Shown here piece by piece: positions 44,301-59,100 of a DNA stretch of 64,000 nt. The position numbers and the translations under genes were made by a program. The notes beneath the pieces were generated by a model. It made no database searches. It saw nothing but the letters and a program-made list of their open reading frames with translations, and had not been told where the DNA came from. Location of the stretch: contig NC_043001.1 in the NCBI RefSeq assembly GCF_006345805.1, positions 104,532,001-104,596,000 of the forward strand, given 5' to 3'. The DNA comes from Octopus sinensis. Its lineage: Eukaryota. The first letter of the stretch is position 1, and each line of letters opens with the position of its first letter.

Positions 44301-47300
44301 AACATTGGAATAATTCCAGAACATATACTTTCAACCAACTTTGTACTGTAGGAAAATTAAAGTAATCATTTCTAAACAATGCACAAAATCACACATTTTG
44401 TAGGGGTCTAATTATTTGCAACACAGAGCTTGACTAATAAAGGAATGTGGTTTACTAATTAGGGTTTTAACTTCACAATTATAAAGTAATGGCTTTGCTT
44501 CCTGGACCAAGAGGTACATTATGCTCCTGAGTAAAACGGTTCAGTAAATTTCCCTCTAATCTACTTAGCTGACAATATGCAACAGCTGAGTGATGCTGGA
44601 GCCCTCTCTCACTCCAGCTATCATGTCCTTACTGTTGGGTGAAAGGTAGGATGGTTGAGGAGTTGTTTGTATTGAATTGTCACTGCATAGACACATAAAT
44701 GACATATTGAAAATACAGTTTCAGGTTATATTATTTTGTGTGAGATAGCTCTGTTTTGTTTTGGTTATTTTTTCTTTTTTTTTTTTTGTTAGTCACTTTT
44801 CTAAATACTTGTCTAAAAGGTTGCATGAGTAAGAAGCTTATGTTGTAACTAAATGGTTTTACACACAATCTAATTGCCCCACAAATTGGGCAAGTGTCTA
44901 CCATGACAGTTATGAACTGACTAATATTTTGTGAGTTGAATTTAATAAATGGAAATTGTGCAGAATATCACTGTATGCTGTTACCTTCACACGTATTTAT
45001 TTGTGTTATAGAGAAAAATTGAAAAACTGGTGCTTTTTGAATAAAGTACGCAGCCACAGCTGTTTCATTCTCTTCACAATCACAAATAAAGTGAAACGGT
45101 CTATAGTGACTGACTGGTTATAAACAAATAAACATGAACCCCATATATAAAAATATAAATGAATCTGTATGTCTTGCAAGACAATGGAGGTGTGTGACTG
45201 AACATAGTATTTTTTATGGCAGACCAGATGTTGCCTATGCATACAATCCTCTACATCACCATACTAACAGTGAAGCCAGGGAAAATGTGAAGACTAATAC
45301 AACTTGGTTTCAGTATCATCAGATGTTTCTGTCAGTAGGAAAAAAAAACAACAAAAACAAACCAGAAAACCCTCATCTGAAGTTTGACAACCTTTGTAAT
45401 CCATTGCTCTCGGTTAGAACTACTATTATCAAACAAGAAAGAATGAAAATTAAAAGTCAATTTTAAATGTTTGGAACTAAAACAAATACTGCAAGGCATT
45501 CTCTCTGACACCCAAACTAATTGGTCAATATAATGTCATAGAAATATATAAATAAATAAAAAGTAATAACTAACCTTTGAAAAGCAATTTTCTGCTAGTT
45601 CCCTACAAAAGCAAAAAAATTTTCATGAAAGAGCACCATTATAGATTCATATACGTATTAAAAAAGTTTCCATGTGTCTTAAACTAGCCATGTTGATGGC
45701 ACTTGCAAACCTGCAGACATTATCGAGAACTAGTAATGCTCCTTGGTAAAAATGCTATGTCAAAGATTACAGGTACTTTTCAAATATCACTGGGTTAAAA
45801 GTTCTCAAGAACAGAGCACTTAGTTTGTTGCCATTGGTATCCAGAGATTCCTTGAAGAATGTCATCAATTTACCCTGCAACTAGTTCGTTAGTTCTCTAT
45901 AAATTACCAATGTAAAAATTCCACCAGTTGCATTATTCAACAGGTGGGTGGCTGTGAGCATTTGACAACATTCCTGATGCCAGAACTGCAGCATTGTCCA
46001 AGAGATGAGCTGTGAAAAGGTTTGCTTGACAAAAGGCATCAAAGCTTGCACAATGCAAGTGAATCTCTGTAAATGTTTTGGTCTCAGCACACATCAACAG
46101 CCATTGGATGTTGGGAACTTGCACAGAGATGTCAGCAGCAGATAAATTACCTGACACAGTAAACATTCCTTCATGATAAAGCAAATAAGGGTATGCAAGA
46201 ATTGCACAGTAAAATATTTTGTATAACATTTACTTGTGTGGCATTATTAGTGAATGAACAAAAAATATTTACATTAAAAATTATAGAGTTCTATAAATGC
46301 TTCAAATTCTCTTTAATTACATTAGAAATTCTTATGTAATTAGTGAACATTAACTCAAGTCAATCAACAAAATAGTAATTGAATAAAGAATGATTCTGCA
46401 TTATATCTCCTCTTCAACTGAAAATTACCTCCTTTCTGATTTTTATTCATTGTTTTGGTTTTTCCATTCGAGTGACTTGCTTGGACCACCGTAACTCTTC
46501 AACACCAGATGTTGTGATTGAACAATGAGGCATAAACATCTGGTCTGTTCTAGTCCCATTGGTCTTTCTATAGCTGAAATATTTCAGCTGTGTAAACCAT
46601 GACAACAGATGATACTAATAGTTCACTAACCGAATTGGTTGATTTTGGCCATTGACAGTTTGCTATCTGTTCATCCATTCAACATCTAGTCATAGTTGCC
46701 ATTAATTCAATAAGCTCATCTGCCGAAATAGTTCACATCCATGATTTTAACATACCATAGCTTGTGTGGTTACATACTACTTCTCCTCTTGCTGGGACTC
46801 CGCCAGGTGCTACAGATCCAGATCAGAGTAGACTTGGAAACAATAATGGCTAAGAGGGGGTTTCACACTCCTCATAACCTTGAAACTTCTGAACCAGAGT
46901 TCCACAATTTGACACAGTTTATAGTTGAACCCAAGATTTTTAGTTAAATAAATAAATTTTAAAATGGTGTAAGAAAAAGTTGCATAACTAGGACTTACTG
47001 AAGTGGAAATACTGAATATACATTTCATTATCTCTCACATCAACATTGTCGTGACCTCTCTTAGTATTTTCTACATATACATCCTAATATTGTTATCACA
47101 TCTATACATCACAGTTTTCTCATATAATTAAAAGCAAAAATTAAATTTAAGAAAGATGTTATAAAATAACTTACAAAGCTTTTGCAAAATCAATCCAGTC
47201 TGGAAACCATTTCAGTTCTTTTTCAAACTTAAACATACCCTAGAAAAGTTTGTAATAAAAGCATTTGTTGTAACTCTATAATAAAAGTAATGAGTTGACA

Positions 47301-50300
47301 TTAATAGTTCTATTTTCGATTGCTTTGGACTATTCAATGAAAGTAAACATTATCTGACTTACAGAAACACTTCAGTTGTTTTGCTTCTTGATGCCCATAA
47401 TAACACCAAGTGTGGCATGTAAGATTCAAAAGAAGACAGGGAAGGAATACAAAAATAATTCCAGAATGTATTGTTTCAAACAAATCTATGGTTTACTAAA
47501 ACTAAAATGATTTCTAACATTAACTGGCACTCTGCTGGTTACAATAATGTTCCAGTTGATCAGGCCAATGGAACAGCCTGCTCATGAAATTAATATGCAA
47601 GTGGCTGAGCACTCCACAGATACATGTAACCTTAACATAGTTTTCAGAGAAATTCAGCATGACATAGAACATGACGAGGTTAGCCCTTTAAAATTCAGGT
47701 ACAACTCACTATTGCCAGCTGAGTGAACTAGAGCAATGTGAAATAAAGTGTCTTGCTCAAGGACATGATGTGCTACTGGGAATCAAACTCATGACCTTAT
47801 GATCACGAGCTGAATACCCTAACAACTAAGCCATGCACCTTCACTATTTCTGACATAGGTGTCTAACTACAAACTTTGCCGGTGTGATGTAGTCTATGCA
47901 TTTTAAGAAGGGGAGAAGAAAATGTTGTTATTGCTGAGAGAGAAATACAGTGAGATAGCAAGAGTGTGTGTGAAAGATAGATAGACAGGTAGAGTTGTCA
48001 ACATAGTAACTAACAAGTTTTGATTAAAATGCAGGAATTTTAAATACAAGTCATTCAAAGAAATCAACACAAACTTAAAAGCAAACAAAACTTTCACTAT
48101 ATAAAAATATCGATAGTTATTCTTTTGATTGCTTGTGTGTGTGTGAAAGACAAATAGAGAGGTAGAGTGTTGTTACCATAATAACTAACAAGACTTTCCC
48201 TATATATAAGTTTACTATTAAAGGGTGGTGCATGCATGATTAACAAATATTTTCACTGGCTGCATAGTAATGTGTAAAGACCTAGTATTTTACAAACCTT
48301 GGAAGGATGAAAGGGATAACTGACCCCCATAGCATTTGAAATCAGACTTTAAAGGGAAAAGGGATGTAAATGGTCTGCAAGTAAACAATGACATCCGAAA
48401 TAATAAAATTGAATAGGACTCATTAAAGAAACGATGAAAATCTTTCTCTTTGATTAACTTCAACCAAGAAATCAGTTTCTCTTTCATTTAACAAAGTCAA
48501 CAGCCATAGCAATAATAGACGCAAAAAGCAGAAGATGATTGCTGCTGTGGTTACATCTGTCATAACTAGTTGTACTGTTAATATTTACCTTCCCTCCAAA
48601 CAAATATCTGGTAAACTTAAAACAAATGTTAAGGGCTCTGGCTGGATGAGATAAAATAGATGAGAGATAATTAATCTGTGGATAGGATACTTGTCTGTTT
48701 CAACTCACATTAACAGAGGATTTACTAACTTATTTCCAACAGCTACACAAACTCAATATGTTACCTTGTACATAAATAAAAAGTAAAGACTAACCGAGGG
48801 GTGTGTTTTAAAACATTGTTTTGCTGTTTTCCTGCAAAAGAAATAAAGAAACACATCATCATCATCATCATATTTACATCTTTAGACAAAAATAAACATC
48901 ATAAGATTATAACATTTTGTACAATTGATTTCATTTTTAGACATGAACTCTTTTTTAATATTTGAACCTAGATTTGAACTTCATTTCAATTACTTTAATC
49001 TCAGAACTTCATTAGGAGTTTTATTCTTGGCTATTAATATTTATCTCTCAGCAAAGACAGAAATACTGGTTTCAAATTTTGACACAAGGCCTGCAATTTC
49101 GGGGGAGGGGTAAGTCAATTACATCAACTCTATTGATCAACTGGTACTTATTTTATTGACCTTGAATGGATGAAAGGCAAAGTTAACCTTGGCAGAATTT
49201 CTACTCAGGAAGCGAAGATGGACAAAATGCCGCAGAGTACTTTGCCTGGCATAGTAACAATTCTGCCAGCTCACCACCATAGCAAACACAGAAATATTGA
49301 ACTGAAGTCACTACTGGCCTTACTAATTACATTATTGGTAAGACGTATATGTCCTGATTCTTTGATTCTCATGAGTTTCCCACTTTGGAATTACGAAATC
49401 TTCATTCTATAGCATTATATTAATTCATTTCTCACTCCATATGTATTAAAATATTTCTTCTATCATTAAGGCTTTTCAATATTCTTCCATCCCAACCTTT
49501 AGAATCTCGCAGTGTTTCATGTACAAGGCCTTCCATAAATGCATGGCATGTTATAAATGCAGTTTTAATGTTCCAACTGCAACAATGCAGATGGAGATGC
49601 ATAAAAAATATTTTCATCTCAAAAGATGAAGTTAATAATCTGAAAAACTTATAATCACATCTGCAATAACTCATCTCAAACATTTACATATTTAAGAAAC
49701 ATTATTCTCAAATTAAAAATACAGCCTTTCTCATTTACAAAACAAACAAAGGAACAAAGAAATAAACAAAACATGTTATTGTGAATTTGTTTAGTTCAGT
49801 AGAATTTTAGAGTTAAGTAAGAATGAGGCCAGACTGGCGCTTATCTTCTGATGGTCCTTGTGGCATAAAATGAGTCCAGCTCAATAGATGGTCTACAATT
49901 CGTTGTATATAATTTAAAGTCATTTTATTTGATAATTTTGATGCAATAGTATTTAAACTAATACTCTTTGGTTTAATGACACACTTTAACTATTGTGTTG
50001 GTTTGATATGTTTTGTTACGCTTATGCTACTGAGTTCAAGGAAGTATTTTGCAAATGATGGTGATTTTCATATCTCTTAGTGAATATAACCCACTCCTAC
50101 AGCTCGTCCTTTTGCTTTGATTCTGTTATTGCTCTACTCAAATCTTTCAGAGTAAAGATGTCTTCATTAATAGGTCAAGGCGGCAAGCAGGCAGAATTGT
50201 TATCACGCTTGACAGAATGCTTAGCAGTATTTTGCCCGTTGCTATGTTCTGTGTTCAAATTCCACTGAGGTCAATAAATTAAGTACCAGTGAAACACTTG

Positions 50301-52172
50301 GGTCACTGTATAATCAGTACTCGTAATAAAGTATGATTTTACATTGGAAGCACATCGTTATCTAAAAGAATTTCTATCCATTACTCAACATTTAGGGATA
50401 GAAATAAACGTAATAGTACCGGTCTCAGCAAACTGATTTGGGATCTAAAAGACCACAATGAACAATTTCATTTAGAATGGTTGATTCTCTCAATCTTGAT
50501 ACCTTGTGACAAAGGCAAGGAATTCTGTCTTCTCTGCAATTCTGAGCTATTTTTCATTATTTTTTCTAAAAATCCCCTAGTAAACACGGATATAAAGCGA
50601 GCATACAGATGTAAACATTGGCAAAAACACACTTTTAGTGCATATAAGTAGTCTCTATCATTATATATAATTTAAACTTTAATTTCCTTTATATTTAACA
50701 TTCACTATTAATATCCCTACCCTTTCTGTAAGCTACTTATGATGTTATATCATATAACGTTTTTTTAAACAATATTAATAGTGTTCAGTTAATCACTGTA
50801 CAAATCCATCCTTTTTTGCTAAAATGTCTTATTGACAAGTTTCGTTTTTTTCTCACTTTCCTGAAGAGAAGATTGCATTGTTTATACCATTTATTCTTTT
50901 GAATAGTATAAGTGGAATTTTCAAAACATATGTCGAAAATAAAAATATTTCCTTTACACCTGCGTTAAACTCCATTTATTTATTCATATGTATATATATA
51001 TAGATATATATACATATATCTATATATATATAATAATGCATGCATGCATACATACATACATACGTCATTCTAAAAATAAACAATCAAGTCATTGAAACAT
51101 TAAAGTTATGAGATAAAGCATAATTAATTCAAAACAATGTGAATAAATAAGCATTACATTTGACAGGGTAATCTGAATGTTGAAGGGTTAAACAAGAAGT
51201 TATAAGATTACTTACAAAACTTCAGCTTTTGGAATGTATGAACGACCGAACAGTTCATTAAGAAAATTTTCATACTCCTATAAATATTCAAAATGAAAGC
51301 ATGTATATAGACTTTATAAGAAAATTCATGATTTAACATCTGCGGTTCTATTTTACCATGTAAATGACTCTTCAATCAAACTGGATATTGCCTCACTTCC
51401 TGAAGCAATTGGTTGTTTTGCTTCTCTACATCTACAGTAGCATCAAATTTCAGATATTTCAGGAACATTGGAATAATTCTAGAACAAATTCTTTCAACCA
51501 ACTTTGTACTGTAGGAAAATTAAAGTAATCATTTCTAAACACTGCACAAGATCACACATTTTGTAGGAGCCTAGTTATTTGTCCACAAAACTCAACTAAT
51601 AAAGGAATGTGGGTTTAAAACTCACCATTATAAAGTAATGGGTTTGGTTCCTGGACCAACAGATAAATTATGCCCCTGAATAAAACAGTTCAGTATTATT
51701 TTCTTCCAGTCTATTTAGCTGACAATAATCAACAGCTGAGTGGTGCTGGAGCCCTCTCTCAATCCAACTATCATGTCCTCACTGTTGGGTGAAAGGTAGG
51801 ATGGTTGAGAAATTATTTGTATTGAATTGTCACTGCATAGACCCGTAAAACACTTAGTGTAGTGAAAGCATAGTTTCATGTTACCAGGTCATATTGTGAT
51901 AGCTATAGAGTTATTTTTGTGGATTATTTTTCTAAATACTTGACTAATAATATTTTCTCAAGCCTGGAAAGGTGAAAAAGAAAATTGACAAATATGACAT
52001 TAGCAGTCAAGAGTACAATTGGTTGTAAGAAAATACAATGTTGCTTATAAGGCAGTGATGTTCATTTCAAACCATCAGATGATGTGAAGACAAGGCTACA
52101 CACAAACACACACACACAAGTACACACACACACACACACACACGCACACACACACACACATGCACACACACA

Positions 52173-52220
<48 letters not shown>

Positions 52221-53121
52221 TGCAATGAGATTCTTTCAGTTTCCATCTACCTGATCCACTCACAAGACTTTGATTGGCTAGGGGCTATAGTAGAAGACAC
52301 TTGACCAAGGTGCAGCACAGAGAGACTGAACTTAAAACCACATGGATGGGAAGCAAGCTTCTGAACCTCACATCCATATCTTTGCCATATGTACTAAAAA
52401 TGCACTCAAATTTTCTGCTACCAAATTTCAAACATAAAATTTGATTTGATCCCAGGTTAATGTAGAAATAATTACCTTAGGGATTGAGTATCGAGATAGA
52501 ACCTGGAATCACGTGATTGCTAAGTTAACTTCTTAAATGCATATAAATGCTTGTGCTTGCTTTGTGGGTGTAAATGTGGATGGCTTTATTATAAATGGGT
52601 GGGGTGGGTAGAATGTTCAATTTGAAATCACATGATTCCTCATTCAATCCCATAGCACAGCTCCTTGGACAAGTCTTTTCTACCACAGTTATCGTTTGAC
52701 CAAGATCAGAATCAGTAAAGTCCATGCAAAAGAGCTTTCAAAGAGCTTGCTGCTACCAAATTTCATACTAAAATTTCGTTTGACCCCAGGTTTAGGTAGA
52801 AATATTTACTTTAGGGGTTGTGCATTGGGATAGAACCTGGAATCACATGATTGCAAAGTAAACATATTAAATGTATGTCCTCTCTGTGGGTGTGAAAGTG
52901 GATGGCTGTATTTTAAATGGATATGGCCATGGTTGTGTGGATAAGATGTTCAATTTGAAACCACATGATTCCTGATTCAATTCCAATGCACAGCACCTTG
53001 GACAAGTGTTTTCTACCACAGTAATGATTTGACCAAGTCCTTCTGAGTAGAATCAAGTAGATGCCTGCAAGCTCATCAAACACACACACATGCATACATA
53101 TACACACACACACACATACAT

Positions 53122-53157
<36 letters not shown>

Positions 53158-56100
53158 GATGAACTTCTTTCAGTTTCCATCAAACCAAATCCTTTCATAA
53201 GGCATTGACTGGCCTGAAGCTATAGTAAAAGACACTTGTTCAAAGTGCCATGCAATGGGACTGAACCAAGAACCATGTGGTTGGGAAACAAGCTTCTTAC
53301 CACACAACCACACCTGAACCTACTGGAAATGGTTTTCATGAAAGGCCAGCTGGTGCATCTGCATAGAAGTGTCCACCTGGCCATACCACCAGTGTTGTCT
53401 ATGATAAAGGTATGGGCTGATACAACTTAGGAGTTCTGCTACAAGAGACAAGTAATAAGAACTAATGCTAAGCTTCTAATGTGATGCTTTGACAATCTTT
53501 GTAATCCATTCTCCTGGGATGGTACTACTATTTTCAAACAAAAAAGAATGAAAATTAAAGTCATTTTTAAATGTTTAGAACTAAAACAAATACTGCAAGG
53601 CATTCTCTCAGATGCTCAAACTAATTGGTCAATATAATGTCATAGAAATATATAAATAGATAAATAAATGAATAAATAATTAGATAAATAAATAAAGAGT
53701 ATCAACTAACCGGTAGATCTTTAAAACGCTCCACTAATATCCTGCAAAAGAAAAGAAACATACATCTTCATTGCCCCATCATCAATATCATGAAAAAGAA
53801 TTATTATAGTTTTATATACGTATTAAAAAAGTTTCCATGTGTCTTAAACAAGCCATGTTGATGGCACTTGCAAACCTGCAGACATTATCGAGAACTAGTA
53901 ATGCTCCTTGGTAAAAATGCTATGTCAAAGATTACTGGTACTTTTCAAATATCACTGGGCTAAAAGTTCTCAAGAACAGAGCACTTAGTTTGTTGCCATT
54001 GGTATCCAGAGATTCTTTGAAGAATGTCATCAATTTACCCTGCTACTAGTTCGTTAGTTCTCTATAAATTACCAATGTAAAAATTCCACCAGTTGCCTTA
54101 TTCAACAGGTGGGTGGCTGTGAGCATTTGACAACATTCCTGATGCCAGAACTGCAGCATTGTCCAAGAGATGAGCTGTGAAAAGGTTTGCTTGACAAAAG
54201 GCATCAAAGCTTGCACAATGCAAGTGAATCTCTGTAAATGTTTTGGTCTCAGCACACATCAACAGCCACTGGATGTTGGGAACTTGCATGGAGGATGTCA
54301 GCAGCAGATAAATTACCTGACACAGAAAACATTCCTTCATGATAAAGCAAATAAGGGTATGCAAGAACTGCACAGTAAAATATTTTGTATTAGCAGTATA
54401 GCCCGGCACTGCTTGGGATTAAGTTAGGATTATTAAGCTAATCAAGTGCTTTGTTTCAAACCAAACTGAGTAACACTGACGTCAAATTTGAGTGTAATCT
54501 GTTAAAATTGGTAAATGTTTGGCCTGAAAATAGAGTGCAGACAATTTGATTGGGAAATCCATAAGGAATCGTTTTATCGATTTTTCCATACATCGATTGT
54601 TTTTTTTTTTTTGGTGGTGGATTGGAGTAACTTAGGAAAACTCATCAACAGCCTTAACAAAAAAATAAGGGGCCTGGCCCTTCTAGCTTAACTCTATGAA
54701 CAACTTGGCCAAGCACTAATATCAGCTGAGTGAGCATTGTTGTTGGAAAAGTCAGCATTGTCCAATAAAGAAGAGGAAGAGTCCATGAGTCATGCTGCCA
54801 TAATTTGAGAATATGCCTGGCCAATGCTTCCGTATCACCTGTTTATAACCATATTGGCTGTAGTGATGACCTGTTCTTCTTTCTACTTCACTATAGACAA
54901 CATTGCATGTTCTGCCCTGTGGAGCATACACAAAAGAGTGTTTCTACTCCCTACACAAGAGCAGGCCACATAAAGTTGCCCATGTGAAAAGCACAGCTCT
55001 CCCAAATTGATGACCACCACCAATAGTGTTTAGCCTTGGGATTTGTTGATGGACATGGCAATCTGCAGATGTTAAACGGTATGTCTGACCCCATGGGACA
55101 AAGGTGCATCCTTGAAATGAAAACATTTCTCCTCCTCCCATACCCTGTAACAATGGTGGCCTCAATAAAGTGGGGTGTCAGGGACTTGACTAGCAAGCAG
55201 GTCCCATTGCACTGTTTAGGCGGATAAAGCATGTACGCTTTATTTCATTTTAGTTTTATTGAATGATTGTGTAAAATTTTCTAAATAGGATATATTGTAA
55301 GTCTACACACACATACACACATGCACACACAAACACACACTTGCTGTTGTTGTGATGCATGTACTCTTTATCCCATTTGAGTTGTTGTTTTGAGTGGCAG
55401 GAGATAAGTTTCAGCGAACTTGAATAGCATGTTCTGAACTCGTTTCTAATTTTGAAATGCCACATATCAAAAAATGCTTTGAATCACATAGGAAGAAAAA
55501 TGGCTACAGCATGAAGTCATCGATTTGCTTCGATCGCCAAGAAAGCAAAAGTACATACAGAGAATTTCATAAACAGAAATAAGTAAATTGTGGCTGAAAA
55601 TAGCAGTCAAATAAAGAATTTAAATATTAAAACAAACAGAAATTAAGGAACGAAATATGCTAGTTGCTAATTACATCATTTTGATGTAATTAGATTTTGA
55701 AATGTTCCAATAGAAAATACCCATATTTTTAATTGACCACATGTAGGTCATGTGGTATCCAGAATGTGATATGAACTAGAGTACCACGCAACTCTCAGGT
55801 AGGATGTGGGTATCTAACACTACCTATCTGATCCTTGCCTCACATATAATACAATGTTAAAATATTATGCTGCTCATGTCAAAATTAATTAAGATATTGT
55901 ATTGGGACCCTAGTGGAGGCACATAGCCTAGTGGTTAGAGCAGCAGACTTGTGGTTGAGGGATCACAGGTTCAAATCTCAGACCAGGTAATGTATGTGTT
56001 TATGACAAAACACCTAAGCTCCATGTAGCTCTGGCAGAAGGTAATGGCAAACTTCTGCTGACTCATTTGCCACAACTTCCTCTCACTCTTTGCTCCTGCA

Positions 56101-59100
56101 TCTAAAAGCTCACCAGCGACGGATCGATATCCCATCCTAGTGGGGAATCTATACACCAATGAAACCAGGAAACTGACCCTTATAAGCCAGGCATGGCTCG
56201 AAAAGGAGCAAACAACAACAATTGAGACCCTATGATGTTGGCTCAGGAGCCAACATGTTAATCAAAAAAATGAGCGTGTAACAAACCCAGCACTTTATCT
56301 AGTAAATGAGCATGGCTGAGACTCTTCACAGTTGAGGATTTTATTGAAGATATTTATTCTTTGGACAAAAAGTGACCCCTATGCAGTCAGTGAGTGTGAT
56401 TTGGACAATCAAACTGGTGAAAGTAATGAGGAAAAAGTGATTCAGTTGAACAAATATTGTTGTTGAAAGATAAGGAGATTATTGTTACTCTCCTAAATTT
56501 TTCATAATTCTGTCCATTAGTTTGCCTGCAATCATTACACTTGAACTGTTTATGCAATTATCTATATTTTGCTTAGGAACCCAAGTGGAGAGTAAAGTTA
56601 GACATAGGGGCACAAGTCTGAGAGGGTTAAACAAGATATTATAGAATTACTTACTCGGTTTCAGCTTTTTCAAAACTCTTTGGAGAGTCCTCTAGCATCT
56701 TTTGAAGACTTCTATATTTCTAGAAAAGTTTACAATAAAAGTATTTGTTGTAACTTTATAATAAAAATAATGATTAGACATTAATAGTTCTATCTTTGTA
56801 TTGCTTTGGACTGTTCAATGAAAGTAAACATTATCTGACTTGCAGAAACAATTCAGTTCTTTTACTTTTTGATGTCCATAGTAACATCAAGTGTGACAAG
56901 TATGATTCAGAAGGAATATAAAAATAATTCCAGAACATATTGTTTCAAACAATTCTACAGTTTACTAAAGCTGAAATAATAATTTCTAACAGGTATATTA
57001 TATTGGCAAATTTTGTAGGTGTGACATAGTCTACATATTTGTTTCCAGTATGTGACTAGTACTTATTTTATCATCCTTGGTGGGATAAAAGGTAAAACTG
57101 ACTTCTGTAGGATTTGAAGGGCTAGTATTTATCAGGTCATCCCATAAGTTCTGTCCGAATGTTGAATAAAGAAAACAAGTGATCAAATGTTATATTTAAT
57201 TGAAATTTAATCATCAATGTACTTTTCCTGATTATCTATGACTTCCATCTATTTACAAGCTTTTTAATCCCATCAATGTAAAACTCATTTGGTTTCAAAG
57301 TAAAGAACTCTGAAATGTCAGTTTCAACCTCCTCCTGGCTTGTGAAAGTTATGTCCCCCAAATAATTCTGTAAACTATGAAACAAGTGGTAGTCTGAAGG
57401 AGCAAAGTCGGGAGAATAAGGTGGATGAGGAATTTTTTCCCAACCAAGCTCTTCGATCTTCTGTGATGTGATTTTTGCAGTGTGGGGTTGCACATTGTCC
57501 TCATGAAACATCACTCCTTTTCGATTCACTAAAGCGGGTCTTTTTTTACTCAAAGCTTGGTTCAAATGCTCTAATTGCTGACGGTAGACTTGAGCATTGA
57601 TTGTTGCATTAGGTGGTAACAATTCAAAGTGAATTACTCCTTTGCAATCCCACCAGATAGAGAGAAGAACCTTTATCCCATAAAGTTCCCTTCTCGGTTG
57701 TGGTTGAGCTTTTTCCCTATTACCAAGCCACTGTTTACGACATTTAACATTTCGATAGAAGATCCATTTTTCATCACCAGTTACAAGTCTATCTAAAAAG
57801 GGTGAAATAAGTTCGAGAGAATGGAGAGAAGAGCAGATGTCAACTCAGGATTTGTGGTTGCTTTCGGACAATTCATGAGGCACCCATTTTCCAAGTTTAA
57901 GAGCCTTTCCAAGTTGTTGAAGATGACAATGAACAGTTGTATGGTTTGAACTAAGCTTTATTGCCAATTCTACAACTGATAATCCAGGATTTTTTTCAAG
58001 TAGTGCCTCAAGGAGCTTATCATGAAACTCAACTGGACGTCCTGTTCAATCTTCATCTTCCAGGCTGAAATCTCCACTTCTGAATTTTGTGAGCCATCTT
58101 TTGTAAGTTCTTTCATTCAAGCATTCTTTCCCATAAACTGAGTGTTATGTTTCGAGTCGCTTCGGCTGCAGAGTTTCCTTTTTTGTACTCATAAAGCATT
58201 ATGTGCCTCAAATGCTATTTGCATACTTCCATGTTAGAAAAGGTTTTAATCAAAGAAATTTTAAGTCTATTATTCTGTAATTAGTTTAAATGTACACAAA
58301 TGCAAAAAAATAATTTTTAATTCCATCAAACATTCTAAAATACTATTAAATTTCATTCAGTTTTAAAAACGCTAAAATCGGACAGAACTTAAGGGTTGAC
58401 CCGATAGCTTCTGGCTTCCTGAGAAAGAACAAATGAGCCATAAATACTTCTATGGTTAAGATGCTTGTTTATTTCAGATAACATTACCAGAGTATCATTC
58501 ATTCTTTTATTCATCTATTTCTTCATGCTATTATGGCTTGGATGGAAGGTAACACTGGCAGAATTTTTATAGCCAGATGGTCTTCAAATCACCAAACTTT
58601 ACCTGTTTTATAAAGTGAGTGATTTATCATTCTAGATGAATTTAAAGTGCACAGCTAGCAGATGATTTTTCATCATCATCATCGTTTAATATCTGTTTTT
58701 CCAGGCTAGCATGGGTTGGACAGTTTAACTGAGATCTAGAAAGTCAGCAGCTGCACCAAGCACCAATCTGATTTAGCAATGTTTCTATAGCTGGATGCCC
58801 TTCCTAACTCCAACCACTCCAAGAGTATAAGGGGTGCTTTTTTACATGCCACCAGCACAGGAGCCAGTCAGGTGGCCCTGACAGGAAATATCACAAAGCA
58901 TATCAGTAGCAGCCCAGCTATAAACAATAATATCACTATATATAGCCATAGCTCAGCATAGTTTCAAAGTATTTACACACACACACACCTTTATAAATAC
59001 AGGGTGGGCCAAGTCATGCACAAAATAAATTCAATATGCTCTGGAATTGTCAGACATACTTCAATTTTTCTAAATTAAGATAAAATAAACAAAATGATGA

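Noticed and set aside
44062-44338. Overlapping ORFs across the conserved block upstream of type-C exons
   Set aside because: The frame is not preserved in the paralogous copies (indels at about 550 and 5600)
45881-46229. Near-identical ORFs at 45881/45933 and 54046/54098
   Set aside because: No homology recognised, no splice support, and open in overlapping frames; used only as evidence of intron identity
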